Assembly: GCA_027317865.1 (NCBI GenBank)
Contig: DAHVQG010000011.1
Coordinates: 32,001 to 96,000 of the forward strand
Reading direction: 5' to 3'
DNA from: Bdellovibrionales bacterium
GTDB lineage: Bacteria > Bdellovibrionota > Bdellovibrionia > Bdellovibrionales > UBA1609
DNA: 64,000 nucleotides
Shown here in pieces: positions 10,618-20,044 of the stretch. The translations under genes were made by a program, and so were the position numbers. The notes beneath the pieces were generated by a model. The model made no database searches. It was not told where the DNA came from and was given only the letters and a program-made list of their open reading frames with translations. The stretch's first letter is position 1. Each line of letters starts with the position of its first letter.

Positions 10618-10753
10618 ATTTACTACAGTGCAAGTGCCTTTGAGAGGCGTTTAATATCGTCAATACCGTTTAGTTTGCTGTTTTGCCTTGGCCGCAAGTT
10701 TGCATTTATCGATCAAACTGAGCTGTACAACCGAGCACAGAGGTATTAAAGCC

Positions 10754-11320
10754 ATGAAATGTCCGGGTATATTGTTTATTATCATTATAACAGTATTGTC
10801 GCCGTCGCCGTCATACGCGGTGGAGTTAACAGGCGAATTTAGATTAACACGCCGGCAGACCACAAGCGCCAATCTGTGCCCAGCCCATCTTACAGTACAA
10901 AGAATTAGCAATACGGCAATGGAAGTATATGGCGCGATTTCATCTGCGGCTTATGGTTACACGCCGTTCGGTGACGATGGCGACTACATATTTACCAACA
11001 TTAATCGCGGCATTCGGGTAGAACCGAACCCATCATGGTTAATTCAAACCGAAACCGTCATGACTAACAAGGCGATTGTATTCAACCGCAAGGTTATAAA
11101 TCGAATTACCGGTCGTGTTTTAAGCGAAACGACAACAGGATGGTATTTTTTAAATAGTAGCACTGCTGACCTGATGGCCAAAAGTCTATTCGACGAAAAG
11201 GCTGCCACAAATTTGACCTCATCAAAGACCGTGATCTGTACATATGAAAGGCAAACCAAAAAGCAAACCACAAGCAGTCGTATAGCTAAAATATTGATGA
11301 AAGATTTGTTCGGTAATTAA
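10754..11320 (+). CDS. Hypothetical secreted protein
   Basis: GAGG RBS, signal peptide MKCPGILFIIIITVLSPSPSYA. Confidence 0.6.
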   Translation: MKCPGILFIIIITVLSPSPSYAVELTGEFRLTRRQTTSANLCPAHLTVQRISNTAMEVYGAISSAAYGYTPFGDDGDYIFTNINRGIRVEPNPSWLIQTETVMTNKAIVFNRKVINRITGRVLSETTTGWYFLNSSTADLMAKSLFDEKAATNLTSSKTVICTYERQTKKQTTSSRIAKILMKDLFGN

Positions 11321-11364
11321 GATTTCACTCACCCTACCGAAGCATTATTCAGATATCGGTCCGC

Positions 11365-12585
11365 CTAAGTCGCCACCGCGGCGTGATCTCGTCCCATTAT
11401 TTGGTCACCGACTATTCGTCGAAAAAGAGTGGGGGTGATAAAAGTGGTCAGCACTCCCATGAGAACCAAAACTGAAAAAAGTCCTTCACTGATGAATCCG
11501 TGCTGAAGAGCAATGTTGGCGACAACTAATTCCATGACGCCACGGCCATTCATAATGATTCCGATACCAAGGGACTGCGCACGTGAAAGCCCGACCCATT
11601 TACCTGCCAACCAACCAGCACCTATTTTCGAAAGTACTGCAGTGGCCAATACGGCGATAACTAAAAGTGCGCCCGGAAGAGCGTGCAAGTTGCACTCGAG
11701 CCCTATGTAAACAAAAAATATAGGGGCCAAAAATCCCGAGCTTATGGATGACAGGCTCTGTTCAAGTTCGTCAAAGCGGGACGCGAAAAAGAGTTTTTTA
11801 TCAACTAACAAGGCTCCAAAGAATGCGCCGATAATAAAATGCGAACCGAGTAACTCGCTGACACTACCGAATGCCAAAACAAAGACGATCAACATGCCAA
11901 GCAAAGCTTCTTTACCGAAAACTTCGACGAGCTTTTCTGGAAACCATTGAATTTTGAGTCCGTAGGATTGAGCTTTTTCTAAAATATAATTAACTGCGAG
12001 AATGAATGCGGCGAGGGCGAGCAGCTTGATGGATGAAACCTTCAGATAATAAAGAATTTGGTGGAAACTTGTTTTCTCAGGCAATTTTAAAATTATGCCT
12101 AAGGTAAACAAAGCGAGCACATCGTTCACGACGGCCGTCACAATGGCATATCGACCTATCGGGTGCTGTAGAAGGTCAAAAGACTTGAGAATTCGAATAG
12201 CCACCGGGAGCGCTGTAATGGATATACAAAGCGCCAGAAAAATTGTACGCATTCGGTCAAATCCAAAGACGACACCAATGAGTAAGCCGCACACGAGGGG
12301 AAGCAAAAAACCAACAACGGCGATCACGATTCCCTTGCCAAAAAACGACCGGATCACCTCTTTGAATTGCATTTCAAGACCAGCCGAAAGAATAATAAAG
12401 AACATCGCCAATTCAGAAATTCCGGATAGCGCAGCGGTCGGTTGGACGAGTTTAAAGCCACTAGGTCCGACAATAATCCCGGCAAGTATTTCGCCGAGTA
12501 ACGCCGGCTGGTTAAATCGTTTAAATATTTCACCCAATATTCGCGCCGAAACAATAAGTAAGAGCAGTGTTGAGAGTAGTGACAT
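11365..12585 (-). CDS. Cation:proton antiporter (CPA2, NapA/Kef-like)
   Basis: Polytopic membrane protein; GEILAGIIVGP, AGLE, SITALPV, VVNDVL, GAFF.G, PIFFV.IG, GRG.MELVV. Confidence 0.9.
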   Translation of the reverse strand: MSLLSTLLLLIVSARILGEIFKRFNQPALLGEILAGIIVGPSGFKLVQPTAALSGISELAMFFIILSAGLEMQFKEVIRSFFGKGIVIAVVGFLLPLVCGLLIGVVFGFDRMRTIFLALCISITALPVAIRILKSFDLLQHPIGRYAIVTAVVNDVLALFTLGIILKLPEKTSFHQILYYLKVSSIKLLALAAFILAVNYILEKAQSYGLKIQWFPEKLVEVFGKEALLGMLIVFVLAFGSVSELLGSHFIIGAFFGALLVDKKLFFASRFDELEQSLSSISSGFLAPIFFVYIGLECNLHALPGALLVIAVLATAVLSKIGAGWLAGKWVGLSRAQSLGIGIIMNGRGVMELVVANIALQHGFISEGLFSVLVLMGVLTTFITPTLFRRIVGDQIMGRDHAAVAT

Positions 12586-13165
12586 ATTAGTATATTAGCG
12601 GGCCAGAAAGGTTTGGCACAAATACTAGAGCGTCATTTAGGGTGCCACCATTTCAACGGTAAAAAAGGAGATTTAAAGTAATATTGAATCTAATTTTGTC
12701 CTGTTGTAGAGCCGATAGTTCCTTTATGTTTTATTTTCCATTATTCGATAGCACGTTTAGCTTATAATTCATCTTCGGCCGCTCTTTCATACTTCAACTT
12801 TGCCAATTGGACGGCGTATTGCGGATCTATAAAACTGAGTTCATTAAAAGCCCACGTTTTGTCACGATACTTTTTTGTCCGGATCTATTTTTTGAGTTCC
12901 ATCGGTTGTCCCGCCTTTTTGTTAGTCGGACTTTTGCATTTTTCTTTCGACTTCACATGTCGAGCAACTTGTTCCGCGTTTCAGAAGAATATTCCTGATA
13001 CTAGTCGCGACATGCCCTGCGATACTGACAGCTTTAACGGGTCCATTGACTCCGACGTCAACATATCGGCTGACATAAAGACCAACTGCAAAGATGACTC
13101 CCAAAATTAGATGCCAAATGTTGCAATGTTCTTTGGGATAGGACCAAAAAAAGCCAAACAACGCG

Positions 13166-13196
13166 ATAAGCAAAAAGTGGACGGGTGTTTGCTTAT
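13166..13196 (-). terminator. Hairpin downstream of tRNA-Arg, putative terminator
   Basis: 9-bp inverted repeat ATAAGCAAA (13166-13174) / TTTGCTTAT (13188-13196); T-rich sequence a few nt downstream on the minus strand. Confidence 0.45.
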
Positions 13197-13205
13197 TTGT
13201 GGGAA

Positions 13206-13282
13206 TGGCGCGTCCGGAGAGATTCGAACTCCCGACCACCTGGTTCGAAGCCAGGTACTCTATCCAACTGAGCTACGGACGC
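13206..13282 (-). tRNA. tRNA-Arg, anticodon TCG
   Basis: 77-nt cloverleaf on the minus strand: GCGTCCG acceptor stem, AGTTGGATA D-loop, CCTGG-CT TCG AA-CCAGG anticodon arm, GTTCGAATC T-loop, encoded CCA. Confidence 0.96.
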
Positions 13283-13307
13283 GCATGCGTAATAGTACGC
13301 GGGTATG

Positions 13308-13700
13308 CTACTTTGAGTGGCGAGCCGTGACAACAGTATGAATATTGCCGCGCACATTGAAGTCGCCTCGAACCTCAATTTCGTGCGGGTCGAGCAGCGC
13401 CACAAGGTCGCCAAGAATATCGTTGGTGACATCCTCGTGAAAGACTTTTTTGTCACGAAACTGATTAATGTACAATTTTAAAGATTTGAGTTCGACGCAC
13501 CAGCGATCCGGCACGTAGCGAATATAAATCGTCGCAAAATCCGGAAATCCAGACCGGGGGCAAATGCACGTGAACTCCGGGCAAGTAAACTCGACCTCAT
13601 AACGCCGGACTTTCGTTCTATTCTCAAACCGCTCCAACCGGCTATTGGCAATCATGCGCTCGCCGTATAAAAGCTGTTTGCGGACTTTTCGAGACTTCAT
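13308..13700 (-). CDS. queF: preQ0 reductase QueF (short type I)
   Basis: [29 protein letters not shown] motifs. Confidence 0.95.
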   Translation of the reverse strand: MKSRKVRKQLLYGERMIANSRLERFENRTKVRRYEVEFTCPEFTCICPRSGFPDFATIYIRYVPDRWCVELKSLKLYINQFRDKKVFHEDVTNDILGDLVALLDPHEIEVRGDFNVRGNIHTVVTARHSK

Positions 13701-13848
13701 AATTCAATAACCGTTCGCCCAAAGCCTCATGTCTAACACTTGAGATGCCCAACCGAGGAGGATTCCCAACAAATGACACGAGGCTTCTTGCCGTTCACTT
13801 CTTGTTTGAACATTGTTGGATCATCCGCTTAGATTTTAAAAAGAAAAT

Positions 13849-14418
13849 ATGCAAACAAAATCCTTACAATACTCATTAATAGTAATCCTGATTCTTGGCC
13901 TTTCGGCGTTATTTTTGTTTGGATGCGCTAACCAAACTGTGGCCAGCGGTCCCTGCCAAGAACTCGATTGGTATGAACTCGGCCGAGCCGACGGCGCCAA
14001 AGGTCTAGTCGCAGGTTCGCCCCGAACGGTTAAACCCATTTGTCCACAAACAAGTGTCGCCCAAAGTGAGGCGCTGTATGAAAATGGCTACAACAGCACC
14101 ATCTCCAACTTTTGTACCTATCACCAAGGCTTTGCCGCAGGTCTGACCAACGAACAAAAAAACGTAAATCGTTGCCCTAATCTTTTACGCAAATTTTATC
14201 TTAAAGGTTTTGCAAGCGGCCGCCGGTATGCACAGCTGCAGCAAAGCAAACGCCTTATTTCGACGCGCATAAGATCGCTCAATACTTATTTGAGCGACAA
14301 ATCTATTGCGTTACCACGCCGGGCAATTCTTCATGGTCAGAAGATTCAGCTTGAACAGAAGATCCAAATGGTTCGGCGCGATATTGCCAGCATTCAAAAA
14401 GAGCGCGCTCTCAACTAG
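13849..14418 (+). CDS. DUF2799-domain lipoprotein with C-terminal coiled coil
   Basis: LFGC lipobox; C...DW..LG..DG..G, GY...FC....GF..G, CP....Y..GF..G. Confidence 0.75.
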   Translation: MQTKSLQYSLIVILILGLSALFLFGCANQTVASGPCQELDWYELGRADGAKGLVAGSPRTVKPICPQTSVAQSEALYENGYNSTISNFCTYHQGFAAGLTNEQKNVNRCPNLLRKFYLKGFASGRRYAQLQQSKRLISTRIRSLNTYLSDKSIALPRRAILHGQKIQLEQKIQMVRRDIASIQKERALN

Positions 14419-14432
14419 TATATAGTTATTGA

Positions 14433-15185
14433 TTAACGAAAATATTGTTCGGCACCGTCGAGGGTGCGTAAGTAATAGTGCGCGCGCACAGCCAATTTTT
14501 CTTCCAATGAAAGATCGCCGCAACCCGTTTCGGCGCGTGCGCGAGCTTGATAGACAATTTGAAATGTTAACGCCGCGGCAACCGAAATATTAAAGCTCTG
14601 CGCGAATCCGTGCATCGAAAGTTTAAAGCAGCCGTCAACCATTTCACGCGCTTCACTTGTGATACCGTCCCGTTCGTTGCCAAAGACGACGGCAACCTTA
14701 GGCGAATTAAAAATCTTTTGCGCGTCAACATTCACCCCGTCGATCACAGTTGCCGCTTGCAAATCGGCCGCATAAATTCTAAAGCCGGCCGAGCGTAAAC
14801 CCGCCAAACAACTTTGAGTTGATGAATGACGGTGAATATCCAGCCATTTTTCACTCCCACGAGAAATACGGTCGGACATTTTGTACTTGGCACCCGGCCG
14901 TTCGATAATATGAAACGGCAAAAAACCAAAACTCTCAGCCGAGCGCATAACGGCTGAGATATTCCCGATATCGTAGAGGTGTTCTACCACCGTGGCGACG
15001 CGAAAAGTTCGTTGATTTATAACGGCATCGATGCGCGCTTTGCGCTCGTCTGTCAGATGCGGAGCAAGCGTTTGCACGACTTCACTGGAGTTAATCGTGC
15101 GATCCGCGACATGAAACACCGAATTGCCTTCGATTTGCCACTTCGACGCTGTCTCAAAAAATTTCATGCTAATTGGTTCATCCAA
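14433..15185 (-). CDS. trmH: TrmH/SpoU family RNA 2'-O-methyltransferase
   Basis: GNISAVMRSAE.FG, FGNERDG, M.GFAQSFNISVAAA. Confidence 0.85.
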   Translation of the reverse strand: MDEPISMKFFETASKWQIEGNSVFHVADRTINSSEVVQTLAPHLTDERKARIDAVINQRTFRVATVVEHLYDIGNISAVMRSAESFGFLPFHIIERPGAKYKMSDRISRGSEKWLDIHRHSSTQSCLAGLRSAGFRIYAADLQAATVIDGVNVDAQKIFNSPKVAVVFGNERDGITSEAREMVDGCFKLSMHGFAQSFNISVAAALTFQIVYQARARAETGCGDLSLEEKLAVRAHYYLRTLDGAEQYFR

Positions 15186-15191
15186 TAAATT

Positions 15192-16055
15192 TCAATCTTT
15201 CAAAAAGGCGCCGATATTTTCGAGCTGAAAATTGGGTAGCGCAAACGCCCCTCGATGTACCTCTGGGTTGTAATATCGAAACTGCAATTTCGAATTCACC
15301 ACGCGGGATTCGTCAAAATCCCGAATGGGATGCCATTTTTTCGAAGCAAAGCTGAACGACCAGTACCCGCCGGGATAAGTCAAATTCGTAAAATTCAAAT
15401 ACCGCACAATCGGAAACAATTCGCTTAAAACTTGCGACATCGTCCGTTGCATCGCCGAATTGTAAAATGGCGATTCGGCCTGGCTCACTACAATCCCGCC
15501 GTCGTTCAGGCGCGCATAAACATTTCGGTAGAACTCCGAATTAAAAAGCGGGGCAGCCGGGCCGATTGGGTCAGTTGAGTCAACGATGATCACATCATAG
15601 AAGTCCGGCGTTTCACGCATGTATCGAACTCCGTCGTCTATATGCAATGAAAAACGCGAGTTCTCTTTCATGCCTACCGCGGTCACGGGTAAAAATTCAC
15701 GGCACGCTTCAACAACGACCTCGTCAATTTCGACCATATCGCACTTCTCAACCTGCGAGTGCCGTAAAACTTCTCGGGCCGCCCCCCCGTCGCCACCGCC
15801 GATAATAAGAACCCGGCGCGGATTCGGATGTGTAAACAGCGCGGGATGAACAATCATATCGTGATAGACAAATTCGTCGCGCTCAGTAAGCATAACGAGA
15901 TCGTCGTTCAGAAGCATGCGCCCGTGGCCCTTCGTCTCTACCACTTCCACTTTCTGAAACCGGCTTTGTTTACAAAAAAGCGACCGCTCGATCTCGTATC
16001 GAACAGCAAAAAAATTCTCGGAATTTTTCTCTTCAACAAAATCCGCGCTCATCAA
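15192..16055 (-). CDS. speE: Polyamine aminopropyltransferase (spermidine synthase)
   Basis: DEF.YH.M, VLIIGGGDGG, VEID, YDVIIVDSTDP.GPA, TYPGG.W. Confidence 0.95.
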   Translation of the reverse strand: MMSADFVEEKNSENFFAVRYEIERSLFCKQSRFQKVEVVETKGHGRMLLNDDLVMLTERDEFVYHDMIVHPALFTHPNPRRVLIIGGGDGGAAREVLRHSQVEKCDMVEIDEVVVEACREFLPVTAVGMKENSRFSLHIDDGVRYMRETPDFYDVIIVDSTDPIGPAAPLFNSEFYRNVYARLNDGGIVVSQAESPFYNSAMQRTMSQVLSELFPIVRYLNFTNLTYPGGYWSFSFASKKWHPIRDFDESRVVNSKLQFRYYNPEVHRGAFALPNFQLENIGAFLKD

Positions 16056-16066
16056 TCAGACACTCC

Positions 16067-17011
16067 TCACTCAAGCTCTAATAGACACGCGTTTGTTTCA
16101 ACCGTATCTTTCGCCGAGTGATGCGAATAATAAACATTAAACCCGCAGGCAAGTTTTTCGCGAACGGCACCTCGTAAAACATAACCGCGAACATCGAAAA
16201 TCTCACGCTCTGACGCCGAATCAAAATAGACGACATCAAATGCGCGCGGCTGAAACACTTCCACAACAGCACCAACGGTTTTTTCAATATCTCGCCGCGA
16301 ATTCAAATTGGTTTCAAAACTTACATACGGGCTTTCATCTTGAGGTGTAACATGAATCGTATAATAGCGATCTCGATTCAAAGCATTGAGCGAATAACCG
16401 ATCGGCGAAAAAGCATGGTCATCAATTTCAAAACCCGAAAAAATCCGATCGACACCGGTTTGAGCCCGAATCCATTTTGTATCCCGGTTTTGCGAATTAA
16501 AAACTTCTCGGGCGTGCCCTTGCAATCCGTACATTAAAATTTCAAGGGTCGTGTCCGATTTTCGCGGTTGAAATTCGCGGTCAGAATGAAATAAAAACAG
16601 GTGATGATCGTCCGCATGCCCCAATCTATAGGCGCGTCCGCCGACCATTGTATTTAATTTCTTTGCGTCACTGAAAAAATCGGTTTTTTGAAAATGCGGA
16701 AAATATTCGTTTTTGCGTTCGTAAAATACAGCCGCAATTTCGTCGTTACGTAAATATTCACATGCCTTTACAGCTGAATCGACAAGCGTAGTTGTACCAC
16801 AAGTGATCATTGTTAAACGGTCATTCCAAACAAAAAGAGAGGATTCGGATAAAAGATACGCGCGCGCCGAGTTTGAAATTTCAATCTTCGATAAAATCCG
16901 TGTGCCCGCCGTTTCGATTAAATTGAGCCATCTCGATTCAGGCCAATCGAGGAGATTGACGGAACGATTCACAACAATTTCGAGTTTCTTTTCACTGCCC
17001 TCGAAAATCAT
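16067..17011 (-). CDS. speD: S-adenosylmethionine decarboxylase proenzyme, eukaryotic-type (class 2)
   Basis: FEGSEKKLEI, YLLSESSLFV (E/S autocleavage site), TCGTT, GYSLN, TIHVTPQ, YVSFETN; directly upstream of speE. Confidence 0.88.
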   Translation of the reverse strand: MIFEGSEKKLEIVVNRSVNLLDWPESRWLNLIETAGTRILSKIEISNSARAYLLSESSLFVWNDRLTMITCGTTTLVDSAVKACEYLRNDEIAAVFYERKNEYFPHFQKTDFFSDAKKLNTMVGGRAYRLGHADDHHLFLFHSDREFQPRKSDTTLEILMYGLQGHAREVFNSQNRDTKWIRAQTGVDRIFSGFEIDDHAFSPIGYSLNALNRDRYYTIHVTPQDESPYVSFETNLNSRRDIEKTVGAVVEVFQPRAFDVVYFDSASEREIFDVRGYVLRGAVREKLACGFNVYYSHHSAKDTVETNACLLELE

Positions 17012-18231
17012 TGCAACACTTCGCCCATGCGACCCAGATCATTGGTGATATTTTTTTGATGCGCTTCGAGGGTTCCGCCACCGATTTCTAATAGTTTTGA
17101 ATCGCGCCACAATCGTTCAACGACGTATTCGCCGACGTACCCGTAACCGCCAAGAACTTGTATCGCGCGATCGGCAATATTCTTCGCCGTTGTCGACGCC
17201 ACAATTTTTACGCCATCAGTGTCAAGGCGTTGGCCGGCGTGGTCGAGCCGCATTAATCGTGCGGTATTGTAAACGTAGCTTCGGGCGGCCATGTACTCGG
17301 CATAACTTTCACCGATGTATTTTTGAATTTGACCAAAATCAGCTAACGGATGCCCGAATGCCTCGCGTTCACGCGCGTATTTGTTCATGATTTGAAGTGC
17401 GCGTTTGGCAATCCCCAAGCTCATCGCCGCCAGTGTCACTCGCTCGATTTCAAGATTCTTCATCATATGCAGGAGCGACTCCCCTTCATTGCCGACAAGC
17501 GCGTTCGCTGGCACGTGGCAATCGGCAAAAACGAGTTCTGCCGTATTTGATCCACGCATGCCATTTTTGTCTTTAATCTTCTGCCCAACCGAATAACCTG
17601 AGTGAGTTCGCTCAACTAGAAATGTCGAAATCGTCGGACGCCCGTTTTTTTCACCCGTTCGCGCGTACAATAAGCAACAATCCGCAGGAGTGCGCTTGTC
17701 GTCAATTGCACCATTTGTGATCCACATTTTTCGGCCGTTAATAATGTAGCCGCCATCCGGTTGCCGAACGGCAGTGGTCTTCATTCCAAGAACGTCTGTG
17801 CCAACGTGCGGCTCGGACATCGCCATGCAGCCCACCCATTCGCCGGAACAAAGTTTGGGCAAAATTCGCAACTTCATTTCTTCGCTGGCGTTTTGAGCCA
17901 CATTATTTGCACACAGCATGGAATGAGCTAAATACGCGAGGCAAAAACCCGGGTCCGACCACGATATTTCTTCATGCGCGATCACCGCAGCCACAGGATC
18001 TAAACCGGCGCCCCCATACTGTTCGGCAACTGTTATACCAAGAAGCCCTAAACCGCCCAATTTTCGAAACAATGACAAATTAAACACTTCTTGGCGGTCA
18101 TGCTCTAGAGCCTGCGGTTCAACCTCGGCCTTTACAAATTCTCGTACTGTAGAGCGAAGCATTTTGTGCTCTTCGCTAGGGTTGAACAAATCAAATTGTT
18201 GCCACAGTTCCGCCGACATATTGACCGCCAT
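17008..18231 (-). CDS. Acyl-CoA dehydrogenase (isovaleryl-CoA dehydrogenase-like)
   Basis: GCMAMSEP..GTD, KMWITNG, GMRGSNTAEL, IQVLGGYGY, RDSKLLEIGGGT; GGGGAG RBS supports ATG 18231. Confidence 0.9.
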   Translation of the reverse strand: MAVNMSAELWQQFDLFNPSEEHKMLRSTVREFVKAEVEPQALEHDRQEVFNLSLFRKLGGLGLLGITVAEQYGGAGLDPVAAVIAHEEISWSDPGFCLAYLAHSMLCANNVAQNASEEMKLRILPKLCSGEWVGCMAMSEPHVGTDVLGMKTTAVRQPDGGYIINGRKMWITNGAIDDKRTPADCCLLYARTGEKNGRPTISTFLVERTHSGYSVGQKIKDKNGMRGSNTAELVFADCHVPANALVGNEGESLLHMMKNLEIERVTLAAMSLGIAKRALQIMNKYAREREAFGHPLADFGQIQKYIGESYAEYMAARSYVYNTARLMRLDHAGQRLDTDGVKIVASTTAKNIADRAIQVLGGYGYVGEYVVERLWRDSKLLEIGGGTLEAHQKNITNDLGRMGEVLQ

Positions 18232-18347
18232 CGCTGTAAAAACTCCCCTATCTTTTTGCCGCGTTTTACATGGTTTTTTAAGCTGTCTCGACAATACCGC
18301 TGGTTTGAGCTTAAGATCAACCCTCATCAAACTTTGGGACTTAAAAA

Positions 18348-19526
18348 ATGCAATTGAATCGCCCTGCGTATCTTGATTACAACGCCACGACTCCGCTTGA
18401 CCCAGCCGTCGTCGAAGCAATGATGCCTTTTTTTCGTGAATCTTTTGGCAACCCCTCTTCGGGGACGCACAGTTACGGCTGGGATGCCAAAATAGCTGTT
18501 GAAAATGCGCGTACCGCCGCCGCCCGCATGATCGGCGCAATTGATGTCCATTCCATTATTTGGACGAGCGGCGCAACTGAAAGTAATAACCTCGCGATTC
18601 AAGGAATTCTAAATCCCTTTATTGCAAAAAACGAACGCGCCCACTTCATCACCACGCAAACGGAACACAAGGCGGTTCTCGATGTGGCTAGATATCTTGA
18701 ACGCCATCACGAAAAAGACGGTCTCGAGGTCACGTACATCAAACCCGATTCTTACGGCCAAGTCTCGGTCGAATCTGTTTGCTCCGCTATTCGGCCCCAC
18801 ACCCGGCTCATTTCGATCATTCACGCCAACAACGAAATCGGCACAGTGAATCCGGTTGCGGCCATCGCAGCCGAGGCGCGAAAAAGAAATATTATGTTAC
18901 ACGTAGACGCCGCTCAGTCAGCTGGTAAGATACCTCTCAATGTCGAAAAATATGGTATCGATTTATTGTCCGTTTCAGGACATAAAATCTACGGCCCGAA
19001 AGGCGTCGGTTTTCTTTATGCGCATCCTTCAGTATTAAAATCGGGTCGCCTCTCACCACTATTTTTTGGCGGCTCGCAAGAACGCGGTTTACGTCCGGGC
19101 ACGCTCAATGTCGCTGGTATCGTGGGCCTTGGCCGCGCCTGCGAACTTTGCTATTCAACGATGCCCAGTGAATCCGCTCGCCTGTGTCAAATGAGGGACA
19201 AATTCATCGCTGAAGTTTTGCAAAGTGTACCCTCAGTTCAGCTCAATGGGCACCCGACCGAACGGGTGTATTCAAATATTAGTTTGTCGTTTAAGGGCCT
19301 TTCGTCAGATGTATTCGCTTCTTTGGGAGTGTCGCAGATTGCGGTAAGCTCCGGCTCGGCCTGTTCAACCGGCGAACCATCGCACGTTTTGGCCGCGATA
19401 GGGCTACCCGAAGACCTCGCTCGCGCGACTTTACGCATCGGAATTGGCCGCTTTACCACTCCCCAAGATCTCGACGTGGCACTCGCTCAGATTCAAGTAT
19501 TGGCCAGGCATCTTGAAAACGTTTAA
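18348..19526 (+). CDS. iscS: Cysteine desulfurase (IscS/NifS family)
   Basis: YLDYNATTP, FGNPSS, TSGATES, NNEIG, SGHKIYGPKG, SSGSAC. Confidence 0.93.
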   Translation: MQLNRPAYLDYNATTPLDPAVVEAMMPFFRESFGNPSSGTHSYGWDAKIAVENARTAAARMIGAIDVHSIIWTSGATESNNLAIQGILNPFIAKNERAHFITTQTEHKAVLDVARYLERHHEKDGLEVTYIKPDSYGQVSVESVCSAIRPHTRLISIIHANNEIGTVNPVAAIAAEARKRNIMLHVDAAQSAGKIPLNVEKYGIDLLSVSGHKIYGPKGVGFLYAHPSVLKSGRLSPLFFGGSQERGLRPGTLNVAGIVGLGRACELCYSTMPSESARLCQMRDKFIAEVLQSVPSVQLNGHPTERVYSNISLSFKGLSSDVFASLGVSQIAVSSGSACSTGEPSHVLAAIGLPEDLARATLRIGIGRFTTPQDLDVALAQIQVLARHLENV

Positions 19527-19592
19527 TTTTACTAATTTTTCAAATCTACACAGGGACTTTTGCTGTTGCCAACCTTGTGTTATTATACGTCT

Positions 19593-19919
19593 ATGATTCA
19601 AGTTACGGAATCCGCAGCTAAAAAAATTGCAACGTTGCGAAGCGAAGACAACGCCGCTCCTGGAGCCATGCTGCGCGTTCGCGTGAAACGCGGCGGATGT
19701 TCGGGGTTCTCGTACAAAATGGAATTTGACGGTAACACTTCTGAACACGATCAAGTTTTTGAGTCAAACGGCGCCAAGATTGTCGTCGACGATCAAAGCC
19801 TTCTTTATCTCATCGGCATGACCCTTGACTACGAAGGCGGCCTCAACGGTAAAGGTTTTATTTTTCAAAATCCCAACGCAACCAAATCATGTGGTTGCGG
19901 TTCAAGTTTCGCCGTTTAA
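19593..19919 (+). CDS. iscA: HesB/IscA family Fe-S cluster assembly protein
   Basis: GGCSGFSY, NPNA..SCGCG.SF. Confidence 0.93.
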   Translation: MIQVTESAAKKIATLRSEDNAAPGAMLRVRVKRGGCSGFSYKMEFDGNTSEHDQVFESNGAKIVVDDQSLLYLIGMTLDYEGGLNGKGFIFQNPNATKSCGCGSSFAV

Positions 19920-19920
19920 G

Positions 19921-19946
19921 CTGTTCTATTTATTTTCATAGAACAG
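19921..19946. terminator. Hairpin after iscA
   Basis: CTGTTCTAT / ATAGAACAG 9-bp inverted repeat right after the stop codon. Confidence 0.45.
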
Positions 19947-20015
19947 AAAATGCTTTGAAAGCTCCTATTTTTCTCAAAATGAAACAAAGAATCTCAGTTT
20001 GATTCACGACCTTAG

Positions 20016-20043
20016 TTAAGCGTTTTTAAACTTAAGTCGATAA
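20016..20043 (+). promoter_or_regulatory. Sigma28 (FliA)-type promoter
   Basis: TTAAG-N15-GTCGATAA versus consensus TAAA-N15-GCCGATAA. Confidence 0.5.
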
Positions 20044-20044
20044 G

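Noticed and set aside
12922-13239. 105-aa ORF from the track
   Set aside because: It starts inside the tRNA and crosses its terminator.
13701-13800. Canonical preQ1-I riboswitch
   Set aside because: No short stem with GGTTC-type loop and A-rich 3' tail; kept only as an unclassified RNA candidate.
18232-18540. Long N-terminal ORF extensions (also at 39143-39214, 60674-60739, 61032-61214)
   Set aside because: They overlap neighbouring genes or promoters; downstream starts have an RBS or coupling and match family N-termini.
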